Source: Kudoa neothunni (Eukaryota > Animalia > Cnidaria). Taken from it: a stretch of DNA of 64,000 bases. The stretch is from positions 11,053,607-11,117,606 of the forward strand of contig OZ199838.1 in NCBI GenBank assembly GCA_964304625.1, written 5' to 3'. This document shows positions 40,132 to 53,775 of the stretch, piece by piece. Numbering within the stretch: position 1 is the stretch's first letter; every line of letters begins with the position of its first letter. A program made the translations under genes and the position numbers. The notes below the pieces were generated by a model. That model made no database searches. It saw nothing but the letters and a program-made list of their open reading frames with translations, and had not been told where the DNA came from.

Positions 40132-43100
40132 CGCATGTATAGTGTTTTGTTATTTGTTCATTATTTACTCGATCGAATTTTTGTAAATTTTTAAAAATGT
40201 CGTATCAATATTATAGATAATTTTATTTGGAAGGTGTTCTTACATTAACTTGTTTGTTATGTGGCAAAAAAAAATTCAATTCATTTTTCTGAAAGCTTTT
40301 ATGCAGATAAAAGATTACAAAAACTGGAGAGGAGTTATGTTTCATTAATAAGCTGTAATATTGTTGGAAAAATTCACTTGGGGTAGAAATCTATCCCATT
40401 TTACACAGAAGGTTAATGAAAGTCGTTATTCATGAAGTCACAATTATAGTCAGAATCACTGCATATATAAAAACTTAAAGAAGCTTCATATCTAATAATA
40501 TTAAGGTTTAAATTGAAGTAATTAATCAATTAGCAGTATATTTAACATGTTAGTGCAACATATGTGAATGCGCGCACGTGCTAAATTATTAATTTTGTAT
40601 TTGTTTATTTTAACTAAAATTTTTAAAGCGAATTAATAAATAAACATAATATATAATATTTCGTTTAAAGTTTTAGTTTATATATTATTTGAGTGATAAT
40701 TTATTTCTACTTAAAGCATAAAAATATCCATGTAAATTTTATAAATTTAACTCATTTTAAGAAAATTCCTAATGGATCAATTTTTTCCATAGATAATTCT
40801 GTTTTATTATTAAATGTTATAAATATTGTATAATTCCATTATATAATTTATGAAGAAAGTAGAAATACAAGGTCTCAGCTTTTATGTATATTTACAAACA
40901 GAAAATAATATAATTAAAACTTAAACTGACTTTCAGAATAATTTTTCAAATTACTTCATTTTTAGCAAGACTCTTTCGATTACGCACAATCACATAAGAT
41001 TTGCATGATTCAGAGTGTAAAGCTAGGGCCCCTTGAAAGTCTGGTAACCTCTAAAAGAGAGTTCTGATATACAGCTTCACCTATTGCGCTCTCTAAGATT
41101 TTAAGACAAACTTTAAATTTAAAGGGCTGACGATGCCCATTTTATACGATACATTCTAAATAATGTAGAAAATTTCTAGATTTAAGGTCACCACATGGCT
41201 ATATGTAACAGACATTAAATCGTCTACAATTATTCAAATCAATATGATAATGTAACCAATTCCTCGGACATAGATAAGCTTTTATACAAACAGATTTTAT
41301 TCATTTTTATAATTTAGTTTCGATCCTCACAAAAACTTTTTCGGTTATTTTATGTACATTTCGATTAGTTTTAAATCAGCTTCAATTCTGAAAACAAATA
41401 TGAATTGAATAACATATTTTCTCTAGGTAAAAATAAGATGTTAACATTTTTAAACGTATTTATAAAAGCATTATTCATATCTCGAATATGAAAAGTTTTA
41501 CGTGCCTAATCGCACACCGTAAGACGAAGCAACAGGTCCGCATTATGAGAGTTGCATTCATAATTAGGTCTTAGTACAATATATTTTATCTCTATTATTA
41601 AATTCATTTAAAGCTCCAAAGCCGAAAGAATATTACTGATTAAAAGAAATAGTTGTTCAAATCGTAAATCAAATTTTAATTGAATTATAAATATTTTCCC
41701 GTAATAATAAAGATAAATATTTTGGAAAGATAAAGTCTCAAGTTGCCATTATATAACATAACATCATTTTGATGATCCAAATCAATTCGAATATCTCTGG
41801 CATCACTACACCTAATACGTACCTTTATATAATAAGAAATGACTTTTTAATGTATATTTTCAGCGTTAATCTAGACTTTTCCCATTTACTAAAAAATTCA
41901 CACATCAAGTCAATTAAATTCATTCCTTTCAATTAATTGGTCCCATTATAATTCAATTATCTCTCAAACGAGTTTTAATATTATTCAACTTGACATAATT
42001 TTAAATGAATGGAGACGGATGATTAAACTTACCACAATAGCACTTATCACCTAACTTGGATCCGTTTAGTTTATCTCATTTTAGATTATATCTAATCACA
42101 TCTATTATAGTCTTTGACTTAAAATTTTTTATCAAGCCTCTTTGTTGTGCCATTAGATTTGTCCTAAATATCTTAATATAAAGTCAATCCTTCTTGCGTT
42201 GGTTTTAACTGCTGGAGTCTGCCGTCTAGAAAAATAAATTTTCAAGTTTACTCATAAATTTGAAGTTTAAGTCAACAGAATATAGAGAAATACCAGCCAT
42301 AAATGCCAACAATAAAAAATTAACACCCATTCTAAGGAGTTGTTTTGTTTATGATAATCATTGGTTTGATCCCTAAGTTTTATGGTGCCGAATATTTAAA
42401 GTATTGCTGAGTCAACACCAAATTAAATAAACTAATATATCAGCGAATTTGTACGAAAAAATTTCTTGGCTTAATTAAAAGTTGTTATCGGTTCTATATA
42501 TTTTAAAATCGAATCAATAATTCATACTAATTCCCCCAATACTTGTTCACCTGTTATCAACAATACCCAAATTTACTATATTTAAACTTTAAAACATGAA
42601 AGAAAATATTTTTGAATTTATTAAAAATAGAACCTAATATATTGATGTAAACTAAAAAGGGATCTTAACTTTTTCAGTAAAATTAATACTTAAGAAATTA
42701 CAGCCACTTGGATTATTTTCCAGTAAACAGACAAATGAGCTATTCCGTCTAATACCTATTTATTACATTATTGGAAAAATTTATTATCAAGTCGCAAAAG
42801 ATTGTTTTCAATAAAAACACAAACTCGGCATTAAGACGTGATTTATCATCTATCCTAGATGAAAGATTCAACAATTAACTTCACCAATAAGTATTAATAC
42901 GCACATTATGTAAATTGTCTGTGCATTATTAGTAAATATTTCGCACTATTTTTTAAATAATAATCTCCCACCTCTAAATCTGCCATTATAAGTTTGACAA
43001 TACACAATTTCTGAATATCATAAACAAACAGTATGTGTTTATTATTTCAAATAGATGAAAAAACTTCATTTTTACACGCATAGAATATCCCATAATGGTT

Positions 43101-43625
43101 ATAAATGTCATCCTGAAACCAAAAGCACATTAGAAAATAATAAATTAGCAAACAGGCTCATCCAACCGACAATGATTTAAGAAAAACTTACAAATTTCAA
43201 ATAAAGCCAAAAACCCAACAATAAAACAAGTAACAACATAAATAGATTACGTCACAAAATACATGTCAAATAAGGAATTAGATGTACACTATGTGAAGAA
43301 ATAAGTGATATATTGTACTCCTTTACACTGTATTAATTACATAGATAGATGACATAAATTTGTGGACCTAAAGTATTATTAAAAAATCCGTAGTCATAAC
43401 AACAAGTAAATACCGTCGTAATAATAACATTAATAATAATTAAAGTAACCATAATAAGCACATATAATCAATCATTGTCTAACTAATATATCATGTAAAA
43501 TTATACATCTATATATAAACATACTTTCTAATAACGTATGAAGAATATTTAGTTCTAAAGAGAAAGATGAGATTAGATATCGATATAGAAAAAATTCAAA
43601 AAAAGCTACCCCAACTGATATCAAG

Positions 43626-46379
43626 TTAGATCAACTCAATAAAGTTATCTGTGGAAACACACACCAACGCTATTGGAAGACTGTGCTCATGGACAACATA
43701 AGTGCACTGACTCTTAGAGCAGTCATTGTTGTTTACCACATAGATTTGTTGATGAACAATCGACAAAAATCCGTGATGGGTGATGAAGACAATATTCTTG
43801 GCAAGAAGTGTTTCTCGCTCGATGCATGAATCCATGCTGTTGCAATAGAGGAAGCAAGAAGCATTTGATTCAGAGTTACGGTTGTTATCCAAGCCAAGCT
43901 CATCAGCAACTGAGTTGATTCTTTCGATTATCTCATGTTTGAATACATCGCTAGCGGGGAGAGTTGACAACACACGTACAGACCTAAATTCATTATCGTT
44001 ATCAAGATGATTGTGATGCTGAACAATTGATTCGGTGCCAAAATCTCCTTGATGAGCTTGATGAAAATTGTTGCTTTCGTTGACAACGTTACTATAATTT
44101 ATCTGATTCTGATGACGATCCTGGTTATTCTGCAAATCCTGTTGAGGTGAAAGTTCTTGGTTGATTACTGGATAATTGTCATTGCTATTATTGATATTGA
44201 GGTGATTTTGGGATTCGATAGAGTGGTTGGATGACGTACGAGGTGGTGACATCCTTACACTTTCATGATTCATAGATGTGTTTGTTTGAAAGTTTGGATA
44301 TTGGTTGTTATAATATGGGCTGATTTCCAGAGATTGTTGATGGTGTATAGAGGAGTTGTGCGAATTTATCGCAGTGTTTGGAACAACAGGGAGACCAACA
44401 TTGGGAGCGTCTGGAATGTAATTCGGAGGCCGCCTAACAACTGCTAAACGTTGCTTCCTCCGCTTATACCTGGGACTGGACCTTTCGTAATGGGAATTAG
44501 GATGTGGAGGAAAATTGTTTATAGTCGCAAAGTTTCCATTATTGTTACTGGGATGACGCGGGTGGGTTATGTAAGGTGGATGTTGGTTGGATAACGAATA
44601 ACGAAAGTCTTTTGGTTTATTTTTTGAACCTTTGGGACGGCCAGGACGTTTTTTCAATACCGAAGTTTGTGGCGGATTGAAATTATGTTGCATATTAACC
44701 ATTGAGGGGGGTTGATTCGAAACATCAACGTTGCTGACGACCCCGTTAAAACTAGTTACAGCAGCTGCAAGTGCCGCATTTTCATTTCGGTAATCATTGA
44801 TCGCTAGGTCGTAACTAGGGTACTCCGGTAAACTGTAGCGTCTACTTTCTGAAGCACCAAGTTGTTTATGGATCGATGGAGGTGAGCCCAGATCAGTTGG
44901 AATAGTACCGTTTTTGGTTTCCTGATTAGAGTTTGATTCAGTGTTGGTGATTGGTACCACTTCATTGGGTGTTTGATCAGCTGAAATATCGACTATTATT
45001 ACAAATGAAAAATGCAAATACTTAGAGCAGAATCCTGAACGTAAGGTACTGAATTTTGTTGAGACGGGCTATCATCAACGGTCATTCTACTTGGTTCCTC
45101 GGAAGCATGAAAATTATTTGCAACTAGATCAGTTCCAGAAGATGTAGGTGGACCCATAATAGTATCTATGAGATATTCAATAGAAAAAATTAATTACATC
45201 ATTCTCTCAAACCTATTCATTATAGAAACTCACCTCGATTAACACTTATACTAGATTGATGATTATCGGTTGCAGGATGGGCCGATTCGTGAATGTTTGA
45301 CACTATAAAATGTCGATCACATACACAGATACACAAAAACAGTTGTCAGTCAATTAAATTAATGCCCAATCCGTAATCACCGCAATACCCACCATCAAAC
45401 AACCCAATCAAATAATCAACTACTTGTTTCTAACACTCAAAATAATAAATTCAGTGATATAACTATCTTGCAATGGATCACAACAACGAGTAATGACGTA
45501 TAAATATATATAAGGATTAAATAAATAATAGTTTTTAAAGCGCATTAACAATTATTCGTAGAAAAGCTTATATAACAACATAACAAAATGATTTCCTATG
45601 CAAACATAGGATAGGATTTGATATGTAAAAATTAGGTGATACAACATGCAATGTAGCTGATGGAGGTTTTTCATGCATCAATCACCACCCACCTTTTTTA
45701 TATTAGGAAATATTATACAACACAACAGAATATTATATTATCATTCATTATTGCTTAGACACGGTTACTGAGCATGAAGAAGAATTACCACATAAATAAA
45801 CTCTCAAGTTGACAGAAAAAATAAACAATCAACCCACTACCTCTAAACTATCTCAACCAACACCCGACTATTCTAACTATTCAGCCACACTCAGCCAAAC
45901 AACAATATACTCTAGATATTCGTTGATATCAGTAATATTATTCTATGTTATTATTATCTTAATACCATTAATAGATCATCTGATTGCAATAGAGATTATA
46001 TTTAAATCTCATTCATGTATCATTAAGTAGAGTGTTATCAACGTAAATGAAACCATATTAGAATGGCGATGATAGCTACTACACACTATCATATCAACTA
46101 ACTCTTAGATGAGAGAATATGTGTTTTAGCTGGGATTTCCGGATAAATAATTATTCTACAATACCACCCACTAGTAAACGAATCGAATAGATAATTCGAA
46201 ATACTTGCTGGTGGTGATTGGCAATAAGGTGTTAGGAAATTACTTCTAATGTAGGATTGTTGTTCTAATGATGAAACAATGGAACAACTCGCATTTTGAT
46301 TTGGTGAGATTGAATCGTCATTGGGAGATACTTCTTCATTGTCAACGTTCAAATTTCTAAAATTTCTAGGCATTTTCAT
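43626..46379 (-). CDS. AT-hook DNA-binding protein with long disordered N/Q/S/P/H-rich region and a ~120-aa globular C-terminal domain; probably 4 exons
   Basis: Large terminal exon carrying KKRPGRPKGSKNKPK and an NLS-like RYKRRKQR. Upstream GT-AG bounded exons at ~45022-45166, ~45233-45301 and ~46168-46379 continue in a similar composition. Confidence 0.8.
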
Positions 46380-46566
46380 GTCTAAATTGAGAATTTTATT
46401 GAGGACTGATTGCACATCTACCTTACGCTTAATTCAATAACAATATTATTATTATTACTAATTATTGTGATTGTTATTGTTAAAAAAATAGAGCCTTTTT
46501 TTTATATGTCATTGTTTCAATTGTATTATTAATTAATTTTAATAAAATATTTCTTAATATATTCAG

Positions 46567-46625
46567 TCAACAATAACAACAATAATAATAACAGTTTCAA
46601 CAATAACAACAATAGTAATAATAAA
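46567..46625. repeat. Two-copy ~30-bp AAT/AAC-rich direct repeat upstream of the AT-hook gene
   Basis: TCAACAATAACAACAATA(A/G)TAATAA occurs twice in tandem. Confidence 0.7.
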
Positions 46626-49600
46626 GTGCTTTTGTTTTTAAAATGGTTACTATCTGTGCTGTTCTGAGAAATCGTTTTACTTTAGATTCGAGTTTTGATG
46701 CTGACTTGTTAGCTTTTCTACTCAACGCAGCTACTATCCAGCAGATTACTATTAGCAGCAATTGATGGATGTTGACGACACGGCAGGAAAAACAAGGGCG
46801 TTTTGTGTTTGTTTCCGCAGTTAAAACACGCCCAATTTAATTCCACGTTAGACACCTATCAAAGTGAGGTTAATTCGTATAAATAGACCTATTTTATTAT
46901 GCTAGCTATAATTTAATTTTAAGCGTAATTATGAACCAGCCTGTCGTTTGGCTTCAGTACAGCTAAAATACGAACACTTGATCAGCTACTCTATCCGATT
47001 TAATAAGCGGAAAGTTGTTGAAAAAAAATTCCGAAATTATTTTGATTTTGAAAAAATCAAAATAACTAACCATTAAATTATGGATTTTAAATTTTTTAAT
47101 TCCCTAAAATGTCGTCATGTTTATCATTTACTCAATAGCCCATAATTGATATAATTCTCCAACCACGGAAATAAATGTAGTTTCTGAATTCATAGTAAAT
47201 TTTGAAAAAGTTGGCTTTCATTTTTAAAATCTAACCTATCGTACAATACCATGTATTTGTTTGTCACCCAATTAAAGCTGGATTATTACGTTAATTCATT
47301 CGCCCAAGTTCATCTGAATTTTGACCGAAACTGGCTCTATCCATTTATTTGGAAACCAATTCTAAAATGGTTCTTATTTATTGTTTCTAGGATAGTAAAG
47401 TTATTCAGAAATCAGATTAGCGGGGTAATCACATTAACGACGTCCCACCCATTCATTTCCCACCCATTCATCTTGTTCCCTTATTCATTGAATTTCATTA
47501 TATCGTTAGTGAACTATCCGTTCATTTGCCAACTATTGATTGGATGGGATATTATTTATCCATAATTGATAAGGGATTAATTTGAGTTCCGAATTCATAG
47601 ATAGACCCTCTCGTCGTATAGCAACACTTGATACATTTACTTGACCCTTGACTGTTCATTCATTTTTTTTCTCTTATAAAAATATAATACCAATACAGCA
47701 AACTGGATGTAATAAATAAAATATTTTGTCTCGGTGATCAGATCTATTGGAGTTCATTATTATGCGAAAATGCTGAAATTATGTTTCACTTGTAAGATTC
47801 CCAGATCTGTATGAACACAATAAAATTGTCAGTCCTAATAAAGCACTTCTAGTTTAATATATAAAAATTTTAATTGTTTAGCCAAACAATTTTTTAGGTT
47901 GAGGATTAACTGATTTAATTGTGTAATAATAAACAACAACCCAAAAATTGCTTTCGAGTATTTAGTAAATAATTAACATTGTGAACTATTTGGATCATTC
48001 GCATGCAGATATTCGCGAGAATATTTTAAATCATATTAAATGGGCGTTTTCTGCTATTTTTGTTACAGTTGATTTTTTATACTTTTTAAAACAGTATCTT
48101 ATTCATTTCTCTGATTGCGCATGCACGCAGATCAGTTAAGGTACTTTTCTATCTGCATGCATATCAAGCATTTCTTACCCTGAATTTCCAATCGGAATTT
48201 ATTTTAAATAATGATTCAAGTTAAAAATTAGTATGAACAAAAAACATTCTTAAAATAAATATAAACAGTTGATATTAATAATTATTGAACTATATTCTGA
48301 TTGAACATAACAGAAATAATCTCTAGATTTAATTAATTAGTCATTTTGAATAGGGAAAAAAAACCATTAAAAATTTGGGTGTAATTTAATAAATGTATTG
48401 GAGAATTTTTATTTTTAAATTAAATGTGCTAATTTTAAAATCAGATAAGTACTGAATATCAAAAGTTAATAATGTTTGTCACGAATTTTTTAATGGAGAT
48501 TTCAAATCAGTTTTCAACATCAAACAAAAAATAATTAATTTTTTGTTATATTTAATATTGATACAACTATTGTAATAAATAGACTGAATGTTAGATAATT
48601 ATTTTGTTTGGCTTCATAATCTGTGAAGTATTTATGCGACTAATTACATCAATAATAATATCCAGGAGTGCAATGTTTGAACTGTAATTAACTACTTTTT
48701 GGTTCATAAATAATTAAATCCGGTCTATGCTGAAAAAATAAAATTATACATCAACTGAAAACAATAATTTCTAAGTTTCAACGTTGCGCGCGCTTGTTTG
48801 GATATTATTAGGGCTGAAGAGTATTTGTGTCGATAACCATTATTTTCGTCTTATTTATTCACAATTAGACAAAACATTAACTCTCTAGCGTACGAGTAAA
48901 AAGCAATGCTGGTATGTCACGTGTGTGAGCAAGTTCGAACATAAGTTCAATTATAAAACCCCTTTTAAGGCTTTTAAATGTAGCTTCAATATTAATAATT
49001 TTTCTTGTTAAAAATTCCTCACTTGAATTATTGAAAACATAAGATTAAGAGAGGTTTGCCTCATTTAATATTGCCACATTGGCTGAAGGTGCAGATTAGA
49101 CGTATTGTTATATGGATTATATTCCTAGAATAGGCAAATGCGCATTTATTCCATAAGATTAAGTTGGAGTGAGTCACCACATTAATATTTGTATTTGTTC
49201 TTTAATTGCAAGAATATACAAATATCAAGACTGAATATGTTCATCAGCTCAATTTTGAAAACTAAAGCGTGCCAAAATTATATTATAGGCGCCAAATATG
49301 TAACGTATACAAAAATTATTGGTGCTTACTTTTCACTGACACTTTTAATTGAAAATTATTGAATATATTTTTTTGTAAATTTAAGATAAATGCATAGTTT
49401 TAATAGAATTCATTGCATCTGGGGAGCAATTTGCCAATTTTTAATACAAAGTAGCTGTAACTACATGATTCTAAACTATTCCCCATATTCGATTAAAATA
49501 ATGTTTTGGGATTAATAATGATACCATTTTACAGGCTAATTATATCGTTTTAAATAAGCGATTCCCAATCTTTTCAACTTAATAAAGTCAATAGAGCCAT

Positions 49601-50076
49601 TATGAAATCTTCCTCGAACCTATCCTCTTTATAACAATAACTTTTTAGACCCATGTTTTAAAATAATAAATCCATTAAATCCAAATATAAATAATAAATT
49701 TTAATACATAAACGGATAAATTATTGATGTGTATTAACAAGTGTACATGTAAAATTAATTTTATATTTACATATATTATGAAATTTTTCAAATTTTTTAT
49801 GGAGAAAAAATTTATTAATTTGAAAGCTAAAGAAATCACTTATTTTAATTATATTTATATCACGAAAAACAAACATTTCCAAATAATAATATAATTGATT
49901 CGACAGAATCAGTCAGCTATAAAGAATATTTTAATTTTAATGAAAAAAATAATTGCTTTATGAAAAGGCGATAATTATAGATGGCTGAAAAATTATAGAT
50001 AACTCACGGAGTGCCTCTATAATTTATATCCGAAAAATCGTTTATCGAATTTTTGTTTGTTTCTTTTTTCTTGTTT

Positions 50077-50550
50077 ACAAGATCAAACCCCTGGCACAAC
50101 TTGTTAGGCCTTCCCCATTTTACGCTTTAGGTACCGCAGCGTCATATTAAGGCAACTTACGTTTATGCGGTAATGTGGGATTTTAACCCACTAAACATCC
50201 TCGGTTTCGGAGCAACCACCACCCCAACCATACCCTGAACTAACTCAGAATTAGTCTGGGAAAGTCGTCTGAATGTGGGAATTGGCTCTACGGAAACCCC
50301 TTATTGGGTTGTATTTCGTTCCTGTACACCGGCGTTCATGGTTTATGAGCACCCGAAATCTACCCTTCCGCCAGGGTCCCCTCTCAACTGCAAGTCAGAC
50401 CACAATAAATCGTAGATCTTTGTGATAACTACAGCCTCCCTAATTATTTTTGGATTAGGAGTACGGGAACGCCCGGACCAGGCTTCGAATTTACAACCTC
50501 AAGGTATGCGATCTCGATCTAACACCATTATGCCATATTGTCCAGGCTTT
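50077..50550 (-). mobile_element. tRNA-derived SINE, copy 2
   Basis: Head with A box TGGCATAATGG and B-box-like ATTCGAAGCC. Shares GAGGATGTTTA(G/A)TGGGT...CCACA(T/C)TACCGCA and CCAGGGGTTT(G/T)ATCTTGT plus A-rich tail with copy 1. Confidence 0.75.
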
Positions 50551-50897
50551 ATTGAATTTCTGTTATCCGAAAATCCCTCAAAGATATATTCTTTATATTT
50601 AATTTAATGACTTACCAACGGTTACCATGTTTCATAATGGAACTTTTACTTACGATCTCATTGCAAATAACAATATCGAATTTATATACAGTATTTTATT
50701 GATTTTTCCCAATCCCTTAAAGACCAGAGAAAGGTTACTGAAAATACATCAATATCAGTAGGTCTTGCAATTATCGACATATACATTTGTTAAATTTTGT
50801 GATTTAAATCAAGGAATATTTGTAAAGAAAATTCTAGTTGTTTCACAAAAATAGGATTAAATAAAATATTGTTTATCCATACCTACACACTCATTAA

Positions 50898-51054
50898 CCT
50901 CTTGACCCCCAAATTAATTTCCGTGACTGAAAAATTTGTTGGCCCGTTATGTTTAATTTTAAATAATTTTGTATATAATATCCAAAAACTTGTGCACTAA
51001 TTTAAAAATTTTAATATTTACACAGTTCTACTTGGCAACAGTGGGACTCAAAAG
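50898..51054. mobile_element. Possible small TTAA-flanked MITE (piggyBac-like)
   Basis: TTAA-CCTCTTGACCCCCA ... TGGGACTCAAAAG-TTAA forms imperfect inverted ends. Confidence 0.35.
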
Positions 51055-51384
51055 TTAAGGGACTTTCAGCAAGAAAAGAGGTAATATTAACAATCATATA
51101 TATATATATATATATTGGATCTTGTTGGAGTTAAACAGGTAGGATAGGAAGAGTACGTAGAAAAAATATGTCATAATGGGTGGAATCAAAAAAAATAAAT
51201 CAACATAAAATTTCGTTTGTATAATTTTGATAGAGTTAATTTCTTAACGGCGAAAGGAGTAAACATTAATTGGTTTTTTATAAACCAATTAAGAAGCAAA
51301 GATAAATTAAATAATAAATTTTCAAATATCAGTGATACAAAGTGCATATCCGGTGTTTTGAAAAACTAGTTCATTACTCAAACG

Positions 51385-52410
51385 TTAAAAGTCTTCTGTA
51401 TAGAAATCGGATGGAGGATATTCCCTTTTGAGCAGAGGATAATGTTCACCACGCTTGAGTTGTTGGAAATCAATAAAATCCTATTCAAAAATGGATACAC
51501 AACAATTGGAAATTCATGTTTACTCCAAGAAATCCTTTAACATTGTAGTAATTGCAGGGATTATCCTATTAGTTCGTAACATGTTAAAATGAAAATAACT
51601 GAGAGGGGCGTATTACGGCGGAATAGTATTGAGGCATAAGAATATCAAAAAATGCGCAGCATTCACTAATTTGAAATGATTTATTGGAAAGAAATCAATC
51701 CTATACTCTTTGGCGGTAATATTATGAAAGTTATTCGAGTCTGGAGTTAATACGCAACAGTCGTCATCCATGGTAACTTTGTTGCATCCGTGAAATTCAG
51801 TCAATACATTGTAATTCTCATTGATATCTTCAGAATTATCAGCACTTCCAGAATTCTTTCTCAGATTTTCCCTTAAAACGGGTAAATAATAGAAGAGTTG
51901 GGGTCAAAAAAGTACGTGGTGTTCACCGCAGAAAAACTGCTAACATAGCAACTTCCATACAAAACTTTTCTATAGAATAACAACAGAATAAATTTGTTTT
52001 TCAAAATCACGCAGTCTACATAAAACCATGCATGTGGGGATGGTCATGCAGAGGAATCCTTAAACCCTTATGAACAACAAATATTCCAATTGAAATATCT
52101 GAATCTTCATGAATGGAATGATAATTGACTATCATCGAATTTCTTGCATTGTTTCGGCATATACATGTGTTGCTTTTGAAAAAATCTGTCTTTTTTATCG
52201 AATTCGTCTACGTTAATCAAACAATGTAAGACCATTAGTAAGATTTTTATAAAAGAGTGATTATTTGACCAAATATTTTTATCCAAATCAATCAAATGGC
52301 ATAATTATTACCAGTTTTTTCAACGATTCAAAATTTTCTGAATTTTTGTTCTTTGAGAATGACTGGCATTTTTCAAGAATTTCCCTAACCAACGTTTTAT
52401 TGAAATTCAT
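51385..52410 (-). CDS. ADO: 2-aminoethanethiol (cysteamine) dioxygenase, PCO/ADO family, multi-exon
   Basis: Spliced translation gives VNYHSIHEDSDISIGIFVVHKGLRIPLHDHPHMHGFIKVLYG, CCVLTPDSNNFHNI, AFFDILMPQY and PCNYY. All three His iron ligands are present. Confidence 0.92.
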
Positions 52411-53775
52411 GCTCACCTAAAAGTATGTTGTTTGTTACATTACATCAAATGAAAATAGCCATAAAACTATATTTTTTAATACATCAATAAGATTTAGAGA
52501 GACGATCACATAATTATTAATGTTTTTGATCACATTTTCACCTCTCAACTAGGCTAGATTATCACACATTTATTCGCTCCAAAAAAATATTTAATAAGTT
52601 ATTTCCTTTAGATATTATCAGAATAATTTGTTAAATTGTAAAACCAACATAATCTTACCAAGCGTAAATAAATAATAATCTGTGCTTAAAAAATATTTGA
52701 TAAAATAAAAACAAAGATCCCTTGGACGAGTATAAATTTAATGCGAACATAAACCCTTCAAAATGTTCAAAAATATTTTACAATTGTGTTTTTAAAAACT
52801 CTTAATTGATTATTAAACGACAAAGGGGTAGAAATATCGTTGAAAATTATTAATCAACACATCCACTTAAATAACTGACTAGCCCATAGGGACATATTGT
52901 TTATTCATAGCTTGGAGATTTAAAGGAGGACCCATATTAAAATTTCTACCCAGAAATTATAAAAAAATACTCGCACCAGTGACCACGTTCGCACTTCCCA
53001 AAGCTCCGAACTAATAGCTTCCTGGGAGGATTAGATGTAATCGTACTTTTAAATTTGTGCAAGGATATTTATTCATCCCTTTGCGGCCGATTATATAGAT
53101 GTAATGTAATCAAATAAATGCATTCGATTATTCAACTCACTGAAGCTCTTAACTGTCCTAATGTTGATCAATGGGATATTAGAATCAATTTTATTGAATG
53201 ATTCAAGGTTGCGATGAAGTCATCTTAATTTTTGTAGAGTATATAACAATTTTTTGTTCAATTTAAATAAAGCTATCTCTACTACATGTTACATACAAAC
53301 AAATCCGGCTTAATTATCGTGTTGGACGGAATTCTGGATGGTCTCGGGATCGTCAATCAGGTACGTTCCGCCCAAATTACCGGGGTTTACTCCCTATTTC
53401 GGAAAGTTAATTTTCAAATTCGTAAACGTGGACAGGCTAAACTGCAGTTTGAGACGATTGTCGGAAAGACTCGCACACAATAAAATAAAATATGTGAAAT
53501 ACACTATTAACGGAGATATAATTCATTAATTGTTAAAATATATTTCATATATGATAATTTTAGATAATTACATTTGGAATACGTTTGTTACGTCTTTCAA
53601 AAATTTACATGATTTTTATCTACATATATCACGTATTAGGGCATTATCTTTGTTAATGTTAACTATCATACTAATTTATTTTATGAAGTGATTTATTGTT
53701 ATAATATAGTCAAACGTTGTGGTATTTCAAAAATAGTTACGTAAAATAACATATATAAACTATAATTTTGTGAGA

